Of a stretch of DNA of 64,000 nucleotides, positions 21,215 to 31,165 are shown piece by piece (position 1 is the stretch's first letter; each line of letters starts with the position of its first letter). A program made the translations under genes and the position numbers. Source of the DNA: an uncultured Candidatus Babeliaceae bacterium (GTDB lineage Bacteria > Babelota > Babeliae > Babelales > Babelaceae). The notes under the pieces are model-generated. The model was not told the DNA's origin and did not search any database. It was given only the letters and a program-made list of their open reading frames with translations. Location: positions 928,001 through 992,000 of the forward strand of contig OY969927.1 in NCBI GenBank assembly GCA_963704655.1, read 5' to 3'.

Positions 21215-21681
21215 TTCTAAAATCCTTTTATAAATAAACTTAATCTTTTTAAAAACCTTATAATTCTAAATAATATTACTCAACTCGGCTAATTATTTTT
21301 TAAAATTCAAAATACCTAGACCAGACTGGCAAATTTTATTCATTTACATGTGCCTTAAAAACTAGATATTTTACTGATTAAAAGATAATAACCAATAAAT
21401 ACCAATTCTTTATCATTTCTTTTTTTCCTAAAATTAATTGCTTCAATACAACACAGCCTTATATATAAAAAACTTTTCATTACTTTGTCAAATTAACCAA
21501 TATAAACTATCAAAAAAAATACCAACCCAATAAATTGGAAATAGCACAATTCCTGGAGCAACAGGAATCACAATTCATTAATTCTTTGACTATTCTTTTA
21601 AACTTTTTTATAACTCTATTAAATCACATTATCTACACATCCAATTTTAATCAAATATTAATAATATTTTTAAGGAGCCCC

Positions 21682-22581
21682 ATGAAAAATATCTATTCCA
21701 TACTACTAAGCATTATCATACTTAATGAAATTAGTGCAAAAGTATTATTAATAACTCACAGCTATAATCGCCCGGACTTTATAGAACTCAATGCCCACTT
21801 ATTTAAAACCTTCCTGCAAGATGATTATGAATACGTTGTCTTTAACGATGCACATCAACAAAATATGAAAGAACAGATAGAACAAACCTGTAAAAAACTT
21901 GGTATTCGCTGTTTTAGGGTGCATCAAAATTTACACAATAGGCCAAATAATTCACCCGGCCATAGGCACATAGACTGCATTCAATACTCGCTTGAAAAAC
22001 TCGGTTATGATTTTGACGGAATTGTCGCCTTTGTTGATTCTGATATGTTTTTAATTAAACCATTTAGTATAGAAAAATATCTACAAGGATATGATCTTGC
22101 CGGCGACCTTGAAGGCCGCTCCAATGAACGAATAAGAATACGATACTTATCGCCTAATTTAACATTTATGGACATGCGTACATTGCCCAATAAAAGAACT
22201 ATTTCATTTGAAGGCGGCATGGTAGAGGGTCTAGCCTGTGACGTTGGCGGACATACGTACTATTATCTCAAAAGCAATCCCGGAATCAAAAGCAAATTCT
22301 TTGGACATATACATATGGGGGCAATGAAAGTTGCCGATGGCTGTAAAAAATGCACTAACTTAGATTGCCCATCATGCTTAAAAAAATTACAACAAATTGG
22401 GCTTGATGAAGAAATCATTAAATTTGTTCATGATATACCAGAAGATAAAGATGTTGAATTCTTTCTTGATCATCACTTTCTACACTATAGAAGTGGCTCT
22501 AATTGGAACGGAAAACCGGCAGAATACCACCAAAGAAAAACACGTACATTAAGTACATTAATTAGTGATATAAGTAAATAA
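21682..22581 (+). CDS. Putative glycosyltransferase (paralog family 3 of 3)
   Basis: RPDFIEL, YVVFNDA, VDSDMF, FLHYRSGSNW; ATG 21682 follows AAGGAG. Confidence 0.6.
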   Translation: MKNIYSILLSIIILNEISAKVLLITHSYNRPDFIELNAHLFKTFLQDDYEYVVFNDAHQQNMKEQIEQTCKKLGIRCFRVHQNLHNRPNNSPGHRHIDCIQYSLEKLGYDFDGIVAFVDSDMFLIKPFSIEKYLQGYDLAGDLEGRSNERIRIRYLSPNLTFMDMRTLPNKRTISFEGGMVEGLACDVGGHTYYYLKSNPGIKSKFFGHIHMGAMKVADGCKKCTNLDCPSCLKKLQQIGLDEEIIKFVHDIPEDKDVEFFLDHHFLHYRSGSNWNGKPAEYHQRKTRTLSTLISDISK

Positions 22582-22614
22582 TTAGTTGAAGAAAGAAAAA
22601 ATAAATGAAACTAA

Positions 22615-22650
22615 GGAGCATGCTTTAAAAATCTATAAAAAGCATGCTCC
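22615..22650. terminator. Hairpin between convergent genes
   Basis: GGAGCATGCTTT...AAAGCATGCTCC. Confidence 0.55.
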
Positions 22651-22684
22651 CAACGCTCAAGATCGTCTGTTCAGGACTATGTTA

Positions 22685-23387
22685 TTATATAGCCTGACGC
22701 AACTTCACCCCTTCATTAAGAAATGATCCGCTTTCTATAGCCCCTGTAAGACAAATGAGAGCTATAAGCCCGGTTCCAAAAGTAACAGGTAATCGACTAA
22801 TAGTTTTATAACCTATAATAGAACATAAAGGCAAACCTACAGCGCCCAGAGCAATTTTTCCATCAGCATAGTCACGTTCAATAAGACGGCCCTCTTCCTG
22901 CTCTTTTAGGAATTGTTTATAGGGCTTACATGATTCAGAATTATCAGGTATAGCATTTAACGAATCTTTTATTTGTTTACCTTTTATAAAATATTCGTAT
23001 TGGTTAGGACCAGAATAAAAATAATGCCTAATTTCATTAAGATAATACCTATTTCCAATACCATCAGTATTAATTTTAACTAATTGACGCATTAAATCAG
23101 GAGACGCACAATTACAATTTTTTGCTATAGCTATTGGGTCCCTAAATTTTTCCATTAAAATCGACTGCATTCCAAAAATCATTAAGTAAGGGATTATTGC
23201 CCGAGCTCTCTTTTAAATCTTTAACCCTACTTAACGTATTAATCCATTCTCCTCTTTCTTCTTCTGTACTAGGATATTCATAAGAAGAACCAGTAGGACT
23301 GGGGGACATGGAGAAAATAGCATAAAAAAATAATCTTGCAGCAGTCTTGATAAAATTAAATGTATAGCTTGTTTCACTTAGACTCAT
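22685..23387 (-). pseudogene. Hypothetical membrane protein split by a probable frameshift
   Basis: ORFs 23142..23408 and 22685..23182 join (DFNGK-FRDPI) if one A is removed from the run at 23147-23151. Confidence 0.45.
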
Positions 23388-23394
23388 ACATTCG

Positions 23395-23475
23395 CCCCTT
23401 CGATACACCCGTCTTCGCCTCGGGTTTACTCCTGAGCTTGTCGAAGGGCTACGTCGGGCACTCAGGGTGCACGGG
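23395..23475 (-). repeat. Triple-nested palindromic element
   Basis: Reverse strand CCGTGCACCCTGAGTG[CCCGACGTAGC[CCTTCGACAAGCTCAGG..]GGCGAAGACGGG]TGTATCGAAGGGG. Confidence 0.85.
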
Positions 23476-23580
23476 TGTGGGTAATAAATTAAATTAAGCT
23501 ATATTAATTGAAAATATAATTAAATAAAAAAGTGCTGCATACCATTTAAGCAGTGCAGCACCCAACAAAATCAAAATTAA

Positions 23581-24699
23581 TTATGAAAAATTTTCTTGCC
23601 TCGTGCCGCTCAGCAATTTTAAATCCTCACTCACCATAATTTTTACTAATTCCTGAAATGTCGTCGAAGATTTCCACCCCAAAGCCTTTCTGGCTTTAGT
23701 TGAATCGCCTAAAACATAGTCTACTTCTGATGGACGAAAATATTGAGGGTCAATTTTAACTAAAGTTGCCCCAGTTGCTTGATCAAAGCCAACTTCATCT
23801 GTACCCGTGCCCTGCCAGCATATTGTAATACCAACTTCTTTAAAAGCTAACTCAACAAATTCTCTAACAGTGTGCGCTTGCCCGGTGGCAATAACATAAT
23901 CGTCGGCTGTATCTTACTGAAGTATGGACCACATAGCTTCAACATAGTCTCTTGCATAGCCCCAATCGCGCTTTGCATCAAGATTACCTAGATAAAGGGT
24001 CTCGCCGATTCCTAGCTTATATCTTGCAACAGCCAAAGAAATTTTTCGTGTTACAAAAGTTTCTCCGCGCAAAGGTGATTCGTGGTTAAATAAAATACCA
24101 CTACAAGCAAAGTGGCCGTAAGCTTCTCTATAATTTACCGTAATACAATGGGCATATAACTTGGCGACACCATAAGGTGAGCGTGGATAAAAGGGGGTGT
24201 TTTCCGTTTGGGGTGTTTCTCGAACCTTGCCAAACATTTCACTAGAAGAGGCCTGGTAAAATCTAATTTTTTTCTTTGCATCAGTGACATGTATCGCTTC
24301 CAATATCCGCAAGGTACCTAAAGCATTAATATCTGCAGTCTGTTCAGGGGTATCAAAAGATACTCTCACATGGCTTTGCGCAGCTAAATTATAGATCTCA
24401 TCAGGATCAATTTGCTGGATAAGACCAATAATACTGCCCAAGTCGGCCAAGTCACCGTCATGCAAAAAGAAATTATTAAAATTAACAGATTTTTTTAATA
24501 AAAAATTAAGTCTTTTAGTGGTTGATGCTGAAGAAGCACGCTTAACGCCATGAACTTCGTACCCTTTTTCAAGTAAAAAATCTGCAAGATATGCACCATC
24601 TTGCCCTGTAACACCAAAAATAAGAGCCTTTTTCTGGTAAGCAGAATTATAAACAGGTAATAATAAAAATACAAACCCTATAACTAATAGTCTTTTCAT
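23581..24699 (-). pseudogene. gmd: GDP-mannose 4,6-dehydratase paralog with signal peptide, interrupted by in-frame TAA
   Basis: [37 protein letters not shown] at 23914-23916 then the same frame continues DTADDYVIATG...YFRPSEVD...LGW to 23581. Confidence 0.85.
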
Positions 24700-24757
24700 C
24701 AATTATACTCTTCCATTTTTACTCTATAGTTTCTGTTATTTAAAATAATTTTTTACT

Positions 24758-25753
24758 TTAAACAATGTCACTCAAAAGGTTTAATAAAACTTCGACTCTA
24801 TTTAAATAAGTATGTTTATTTTTAACAAAATCCATTAGATTCAGGAGCTCTTGCAACTCCAGCTCATTCACTTTTTTAAGGCCGTCATAAAAAAGCTGTT
24901 TAGTGTCTGGATTGTACACAATTTTTTGCTCAAACAAATTATAAACTGTTTCGGAATTGGTTATACCAAACTGCCCATAACTAATATTTTTAAAAATTCT
25001 ACACGGTATATAGCCTTCATCAAATTGCCATTTACCCACAATAGTTGGCGCAAGAACTGAATTGAAAATTAATTTCTGGTTTTCTTCTGGCGAGATATGC
25101 ATAAGATGCGAAAACTTCATACCATTTTTTTGACATGCGCGTTTAAATGGCTCAATTTGTTCAACATTGCCATGAAATCCGCCACCTAATGTTCCTATCC
25201 AATAAACGGTATTATCTTTAGATTTACCCCAATTTTTGATAACTTTTTCTTCCATTGCATCAATTTGATAGGGCAGTAAATCTGTTGCCCATGGCATATA
25301 GACAATTTTTCCTGATTTTGATGTATATATACATTCATCAATTTTTTGGATATCGTCATGCTGACCCTTGCATCTATTGGTATACACCTGAAAGACGATA
25401 GCATGGCCGGCGTCTAAAAGAGATTTATATTTTGCCATGGGGCAGTTATGCAATAAATAATAGCTTGAGGCAACAATCGGCATTTTTTTATCTGCCTGAC
25501 CTTCTGTTAAGAACAAACAGTTTTCAAAGTCAAAACCACGAACATCGTCATTATTGTCAAACCAATAGGTTTCGTAACCCATACTTTTAAAGGCTTTATA
25601 AAAAGCGTCATGTATATATGAATGAGTATGACTGTGGAGCTTGTGACCCCATATAACTACTTTTTTGAAATTAAGCGCCGCATGCGCATCGAGTTGGAAT
25701 AATGATAAAAATAGCATCAAAGAAAAAAAATAAAATTTAAAAAATTGCTTCAT
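24758..25753 (-). CDS. Putative glycosyltransferase-like protein with signal peptide
   Basis: VVIWGHKLHSHTHSYIH, PWATDLLP, YIPCRIFKNISYG, HTYLNR. Confidence 0.55.
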   Translation of the reverse strand: MKQFFKFYFFSLMLFLSLFQLDAHAALNFKKVVIWGHKLHSHTHSYIHDAFYKAFKSMGYETYWFDNNDDVRGFDFENCLFLTEGQADKKMPIVASSYYLLHNCPMAKYKSLLDAGHAIVFQVYTNRCKGQHDDIQKIDECIYTSKSGKIVYMPWATDLLPYQIDAMEEKVIKNWGKSKDNTVYWIGTLGGGFHGNVEQIEPFKRACQKNGMKFSHLMHISPEENQKLIFNSVLAPTIVGKWQFDEGYIPCRIFKNISYGQFGITNSETVYNLFEQKIVYNPDTKQLFYDGLKKVNELELQELLNLMDFVKNKHTYLNRVEVLLNLLSDIV

Positions 25754-25789
25754 AACTACTTTCCTTTTATATTAAAGATAATTTCACTT

Positions 25790-25976
25790 TACAAACGCTT
25801 CCGTCGTCGCTCTTCGAGCTATGCCGAGACACGATCATTTAATTAACAACGTAACTAAGCTCACAGAAAGTCCTTAACAAACGCGTCCCTCTTCGCCCAA
25901 GGGCTTCGTCGGACATGATCAAGAATAAACAAAGTAACTAAACTCATCGCAACTCCTTAATAAACGCGTCGTCGGA
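25790..25976. repeat. Degenerate ~83-bp tandem repeats of the GT32 gene 3' end, each carrying a family-B palindrome
   Basis: AACAA(C/A)GTAACTAA(G/A)CTCA at 25845 and 25928; TCCTTAA(C/T)AAACGCGTC at 25871 and 25954; palindromes 25800-25832 and 25884-25914. Confidence 0.7.
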
Positions 25977-26831
25977 AAGCCAACTACCAGCCCAAAGATG
26001 ATTCGCATACGCCTCTGGGCGCATCCACACACTCTTGTCTTTAACCTTTTCATGATAACCCATAGGGTATAAATATGATGCTGGTAACGCTATAACTTTA
26101 TCATGGCACAGAGGCGCCAAATGATAAAATAAAATAGTAAAAAAGAATGGCCCAGTACGTAAAACAACAGCCTCTGCAATTTTTTGTTTTTCACTTATTC
26201 TTTGAATAGCCTCTAATAATAAAGGGTGGCCCGGCCGAGCCCCAAAAAGCCCTAACCCTATCTGCACATGACCCGTATCTAAAGGCTGAATGCCCATATA
26301 AAAATCATAAGATTTATGCAAATCATCAAGTGGTCTATAACATTCGTAATCTGGCACATCTATATAAACACCACCACAGCGATAAATTATCTCATACTTT
26401 GCAATATCTGAACGCTCGCCATAATTAATTGCATAATCATACATAGCTCTATTGGTAAGACCAAATTCATCGATCTCTTTTTCTGTCCAAAGTTTATATT
26501 CCCAATCTGGATGATTTTTCAGCCATGTATCACGCAAGGCAACGTACTTTTCTGGAAACGGAGACCCCAGCCAAATTTGATGAATAATTTTAGGAATTTT
26601 ATAAGGTGCACCAGCTGGAACTTTTGATACATAATTTTTGTTATATAATTTTTTTAACATATCATAAATATCTTTATGCGCAGTGTCCTGATCGAAAATA
26701 TCTGGGTATTCATTCAAGCGCATGGAAACATCAAAATCAACTTTTTTATTACTACGACTCAAAACATATGTAGTAGCTAAACAGGCAAAAAATGCACCGC
26801 CTATAAGTAAATAAACATTATTTATCTTCAC
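25944..26831 (-). CDS. GT32 (OCH1/Gly_transf_sug-like) glycosyltransferase
   Basis: IPKIIHQIWLG, SDIAKYEII, GGVYID, RTGP, HLWAGSW; N-terminal TM anchor. Confidence 0.85.
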   Translation of the reverse strand: MKINNVYLLIGGAFFACLATTYVLSRSNKKVDFDVSMRLNEYPDIFDQDTAHKDIYDMLKKLYNKNYVSKVPAGAPYKIPKIIHQIWLGSPFPEKYVALRDTWLKNHPDWEYKLWTEKEIDEFGLTNRAMYDYAINYGERSDIAKYEIIYRCGGVYIDVPDYECYRPLDDLHKSYDFYMGIQPLDTGHVQIGLGLFGARPGHPLLLEAIQRISEKQKIAEAVVLRTGPFFFTILFYHLAPLCHDKVIALPASYLYPMGYHEKVKDKSVWMRPEAYANHLWAGSWLSDDAFIKELR

Positions 26832-26833
26832 GC

Positions 26834-27817
26834 TTAAAACCCTTTTTTATATTGTTTGTACCATTCAATTGTTTTATCTAAACCCCATACTTCGCTTATC
26901 CGGGCGTCCCCGCTCGGCAAGCTCCGTAGGGCAGGCATCTTCTCTGAGGGAGAACACCAGCCTAAATTTTTTAATTTTGTTACATCAAGCCTCTTGCGCG
27001 GGGTGCCATCTGGATAACTACTATCCCAGACTATCTGGCCCTGAAAACCTGTAAGTTGTGCAAGAGTATATACTAATTCTTCTATTTTTATATCATGACC
27101 AGTTCCAACATTAATTATCTCTGATCCATCAAAATTATTCATTAAAAAAATAAGTGCGTCTGCACAGTCGTCAACAAATAAAAATTCACGGTACACTTGC
27201 CCCGTTCCCCAAACAACCACTTCAGGTTTATTATGCGTAACTGCATCACAAAGTTTTGCGATTAATGCGGGAATAACATGTGCCTGCATGATATCAAAAT
27301 TATCTCCAGGGCCGTATAAGTTTGTCGGCATAGCAGAAATAAAATTCGTGCCATACTGCTTATTATATGCTTGGCAAAGCGCGATGCCAGAAATTTTAGC
27401 AATCGCATAAGGCGCATTAGTCGGCTCCAAGGGCCCGGTTAATAATGCACTTTCTTGTATCGGCTGCTGTGCATCGCGTGGATAAATACAAGAAGAGCCT
27501 AGGAAAAGTAATTTTTTTACCTGATAGGTATACGCAGCATGAATGGCATTAAGCTCAATTGCTAAATTATCATAAATAAATTCCGCTGGCCGTGTATTAT
27601 TTGCATGTATGCCGCCTACGCGGGCCGCTGCCAAAAAGACATAGTCTGGGCGCTCTGATTCAAAAAAATCATTAACCGCTTGTTGTTTGCGTAAATCACA
27701 TTCGGCAAATGTTCTTGTTACGATATTCGTATAACCTAGACTGGTCAGCTTGCGCATGAGCGCTGAACCGACTAAGCCTTGATGACCCGCAACATATATT
27801 TTTGAATCAAGATTCAT
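26834..27817 (-). CDS. fcl: GDP-L-fucose synthase with in-frame palindromic insertion near the C-terminus
   Basis: [47 protein letters not shown]. Confidence 0.95.
   Translation of the reverse strand: MNLDSKIYVAGHQGLVGSALMRKLTSLGYTNIVTRTFAECDLRKQQAVNDFFESERPDYVFLAAARVGGIHANNTRPAEFIYDNLAIELNAIHAAYTYQVKKLLFLGSSCIYPRDAQQPIQESALLTGPLEPTNAPYAIAKISGIALCQAYNKQYGTNFISAMPTNLYGPGDNFDIMQAHVIPALIAKLCDAVTHNKPEVVVWGTGQVYREFLFVDDCADALIFLMNNFDGSEIINVGTGHDIKIEELVYTLAQLTGFQGQIVWDSSYPDGTPRKRLDVTKLKNLGWCSPSEKMPALRSLPSGDARISEVWGLDKTIEWYKQYKKGF
26884..26936 (-). repeat. 53-bp palindromic element inside fcl
   Basis: Reverse strand GCCTGCCCTACGGAGC-TTGCCGAGCGGGGACGCCCGGATAA-GCGAAGTATGGG, homologous to 43934-43986 and 44038-44085. 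Confidence 0.85.
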
Positions 27818-29046
27818 AATTTTTCTCTTACCTGCTCCTTTAGTTGCGCCAACCCTTCGACAGGCTCAGGATGAGCGCAGGTGAGAGCAACATTATACAC
27901 GTGCATCAAAGTATCAGGATGAGCGAGAGGGGAGATTTTATTATTCCGTGCATCCTGAGTGGCTGACTCTGAAAGAGGCAGTTGTATCGAAGGACACGGT
28001 TGTAAATCTTTTATATCTGCGTCCATCATGATTTTAACAAGCTCATGAAACGTAACCGTTGGTTCCCAACCAAGAATATTTTTCGCTTTAGTAGCATCGC
28101 CACACAAAAGCTCAACTTCAGTTGGCCTAAAATAACGCGGGTCGATACGCACAAGAACATCACCAGTTGCAGCATTTTTGCCCACTTCATGCACGCCAGA
28201 ACCTGACCATTCAATGGAAATGTTAACATGCGCAAAAGAAGCTTCAACAAATTCACGAACAGTGTGCCCTTTTCCTGTAGCGATAACAAAATCATCAGGA
28301 GTATCCTGTTGCATCATCAACCACATCGCATATACATAATCAGGCGCATATCCCCAATCCCGTACCGCATCGAGATTACCAAGAGTTATACCATTTTGAA
28401 GACCGCAAGAAATACGTGCAACTGCACGAGTAATTTTTCGCGTTACAAATGTTTCACCACGCAGAGGTGATTCATGGTTAAATAAAATACCGTTACATGC
28501 AAAGATGTTATACGCTTGACGATAATTTACTATAATCCAATACGCATAAAGTTTAGCAACCGCGTACGGTGAACGAGGATAAAAGGGAGTTGTCTCTTTT
28601 TGAGGAATTTCTGTAACGGCGCCGAAAAGCTCGCTGGTTGACGCCTGATATAATTTTGTTGTCTTTTCTAAACCTAAAATTCTAATAGCTTCAAGCAGCC
28701 TTAAAACACCCACAGCATCTGCTTGTGCAGTGTATTCTGGCGTTTCAAAAGAAACGGCAACATGGCTTTGTGCCGCTAGATTATAAATCTCGTCCGGTCT
28801 GATTTCTGAAATCAAACGAATGATGTTGGTTGAATCGGTCATGTCACCGTAATGCAACATAAGTGACGGGTTTTGCTGATCTTGGTTATCAAAAATATCA
28901 TCTATTCGCGCGGTATTAAATGAAGACGAACGGCGCTTAATACCGTGAACTTCATAACCCTTATCTAATAATAATCGCGTAAGATACGCGCCATCTTGAC
29001 CAGTTATACCGGTAATTAATGCTTTTTTCTTAGAGATAATGCTCAT
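27814..29046 (-). CDS. gmd: GDP-mannose 4,6-dehydratase with repeat-derived C-terminal extension
   Basis: [43 protein letters not shown]. Confidence 0.95.
   Translation of the reverse strand: MSIISKKKALITGITGQDGAYLTRLLLDKGYEVHGIKRRSSSFNTARIDDIFDNQDQQNPSLMLHYGDMTDSTNIIRLISEIRPDEIYNLAAQSHVAVSFETPEYTAQADAVGVLRLLEAIRILGLEKTTKLYQASTSELFGAVTEIPQKETTPFYPRSPYAVAKLYAYWIIVNYRQAYNIFACNGILFNHESPLRGETFVTRKITRAVARISCGLQNGITLGNLDAVRDWGYAPDYVYAMWLMMQQDTPDDFVIATGKGHTVREFVEASFAHVNISIEWSGSGVHEVGKNAATGDVLVRIDPRYFRPTEVELLCGDATKAKNILGWEPTVTFHELVKIMMDADIKDLQPCPSIQLPLSESATQDARNNKISPLAHPDTLMHVYNVALTCAHPEPVEGLAQLKEQVREKL
27846..27999. repeat. Three palindromic elements within the gmd 3' end
   Basis: 27846-27878 (family A), 27906-27927 (partial), 27946-27999 (CCGTGCATCCTGAGTG...TGTATCGAAGGACACGG). 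Confidence 0.85.
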
Positions 29047-30055
29047 AGCCTTTTTTATGTAAATATTCTACAACACGGTCCATACTATTACTATATTCTG
29101 TATTCATAACAACAATAGTGTCGTCTGTTTCAACCACACAAATATTTTCAACACCAAACAAAACAACAAGTTTATCCTGGGCATAAGCACGAACATTATG
29201 TGAATCGAGTGAAACTACTTTGCCATGGGGTTCATTTGAGCAAGCAGCGCTTTTTTGGGCCTGATCGATGAATTGCTCAAGTGTGCCGACATCTGTCCAC
29301 GAAAACTTACCATGGACAACTACGGCATCATGAACTTTTTCAACCACGCCTTTGTCAAAAGAGATAGGCGCGATATCGCTATAACGACCCTCTTTAACCT
29401 GGGCATATAATTCTGGCATATGGCGCATAAACAGCTCTATAAATGTTTGAGCGCGTGCACAAAAGATACCACAGTTCCATAACATGGTACTCATTGAAAG
29501 ATAGGTATGCGCTACTTCTCGAGAAGGTTTTTCATGAAATGACACAATATTATATAAATCTGTCGCACGCAAAAATTCATCATGCCCACGCTCAATATAG
29601 CCGTAGGCTGTTGAAGCATGCGTTGGCGTAACACCAATAAGGGCTAATTGATCATTATTTGATACATAAGCAAGCGCTGCGCATATTGACGCTGAAAATG
29701 CTTGCTGATTAACCACAACATGATCGGCTGGAGCGAATATAACCGTTGCTTGCGGATCATCTTTTGAGATCTCTAAGCAACTTAAAAGAATCGCAGCTGC
29801 AGTATTTTTTGCCATAGGCTCGGTAATTATCAACAAATCTTTATCTAATTTTTCTTTAATCTGCGGAACATACTCTTGCGTTGTAACTACTGCGGTATGT
29901 GTTATGAAAGGAATTTCTTGTAACCGGGCCAATGCTTGCGCTAAAAGCGAAGTGTGCCCAAAGGGAATTAATTGTTTTGGAAAGCCATGACGGCTTAAAG
30001 GCCAGAGACGTTTTCCACTACCGCCTGCAAGCACAACACCATAAACTTTTTCCAT
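29030..30055 (-). CDS. manC: Mannose-1-phosphate guanylyltransferase
   Basis: [49 protein letters not shown]. Confidence 0.92.
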   Translation of the reverse strand: MEKVYGVVLAGGSGKRLWPLSRHGFPKQLIPFGHTSLLAQALARLQEIPFITHTAVVTTQEYVPQIKEKLDKDLLIITEPMAKNTAAAILLSCLEISKDDPQATVIFAPADHVVVNQQAFSASICAALAYVSNNDQLALIGVTPTHASTAYGYIERGHDEFLRATDLYNIVSFHEKPSREVAHTYLSMSTMLWNCGIFCARAQTFIELFMRHMPELYAQVKEGRYSDIAPISFDKGVVEKVHDAVVVHGKFSWTDVGTLEQFIDQAQKSAACSNEPHGKVVSLDSHNVRAYAQDKLVVLFGVENICVVETDDTIVVMNTEYSNSMDRVVEYLHKKGYEHYL

Positions 30056-30299
30056 GCTTCTCCTTTTTTTACCTTTACGTACGCCAGGCAACATTCAACA
30101 ACCATATATACAACGCGCACCTGTATACTTGAACATCAAATGATGCCATTGGCTGTACAGTGCATAACATAGCATATAGTTACGTGTTAGCAAACTTGTA
30201 AAATCGATAAAAAAACAAAAAAAGCTAGATAATTAACGAAAATCTTCAATCATCCAACTTTAATAAATTAATTATAGCTAAGTTTAGTCCAATCACTAC

Positions 30300-30412
30300 A
30301 CCCCGTGCACCCTGAGTGTCTCGGCATAGCCCTTCGACTTGCCTTTAGTACTGAGCGTTAGTCGAAGTATCAGGAGTAAACCCGGGGCGAAGACGGACGT
30401 ATCGAAGGGGCG
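30300..30412 (+). repeat. Quadruple-nested palindromic element
   Basis: Matches 23395-23475 (rc) plus an extra 27-bp CTTTAGTACTGAGCGTTAGTCGAAGTA inside the innermost loop. Confidence 0.85.
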
Positions 30413-30452
30413 AGGACGCAGATATAAGTGTATTTTCTTATACTTAATAGTT

Positions 30453-30860
30453 TTATTTTTTTGATTCTTCTTTCAATATCTCTGCGATTTTATCGTACTT
30501 ATCAGCTTGATATTGATATAAAAGTAACCCTGGCCATAGAACGAGCTGCGCAAAAGGTCTTCCCCTCTGGCATTCATCATCAATTATATCATAGGACCGG
30601 CGATATCCTTTGCCTTTTTTTATAGCCTCTTCTAAACCAACTGGAAAAAAATGCTCTCTAAGGGCTAACCCAGCACCTACGACACATACGCTAGTAATAA
30701 TGACTATAGGCAAAACCGATTTAAAATTATTCAATACCGGTTCACTTACCAATTTTTCTTGCTGCAAAGCATAAAGTTCTATAATACTTACCGAAATTAA
30801 AATCGCAAAAACTGAAAACAAAACAATTCTTACATTTTTTTTAATATTCTTAAACATCAT
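30453..30860 (-). CDS. Hypothetical membrane protein
   Basis: ORF with leader and hydrophobic segments. Confidence 0.5.
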   Translation of the reverse strand: MMFKNIKKNVRIVLFSVFAILISVSIIELYALQQEKLVSEPVLNNFKSVLPIVIITSVCVVGAGLALREHFFPVGLEEAIKKGKGYRRSYDIIDDECQRGRPFAQLVLWPGLLLYQYQADKYDKIAEILKEESKK

Positions 30861-31051
30861 TTCTTGTCTTTGCCCTGTAGATTTAAAAAAATTAATATGC
30901 TGATTTTAATAAAAAATATAGTGGAAGTCTACACTATATTTTTCGCGGAGCTGCGCAAAAATTACGTAGAAGACAAAAGTCAAGCAGGTTGCTGGACTTT
31001 TTAAAAAAGACCATTATATAAAATACTTTAAATTGATTTTAATTTAGTAGA

Positions 31052-31079
31052 TGGATCCCGGATCGAGTCCGGGATGACA
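31052..31079 (+). repeat. Palindromic element, family D
   Basis: TGGATCCCGGATCGAGTCCGGGATGACA; the same flanks host a nested family-A unit at 60949 and 62077. Confidence 0.75.
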
Positions 31080-31165
31080 CCCGTGGGGACAAACTGCCAC
31101 CTATTGTGATCGTACGCGCCCCGGAGTATACTCTCAGCATTAAAGTTTTATTTTATGGGTAGTAT

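Noticed and set aside
21215-21681. Gene remnant or N-terminal extension in the long AT-rich spacer
   Set aside because: No recognisable motif; the AAGGAG RBS and paralog alignment place the start at 21682.
23914-23916. Stop-codon recoding or alternative genetic code in gmd
   Set aside because: The codon is TAA, the commonest true stop in this window, and the aligned residue is Gln; a point mutation or error is simpler.
30543-30960. 13-bp direct repeat GAGCTGCGCAAAA at 30543 and 30948
   Set aside because: Too short and unaccompanied by other element features; may be chance.
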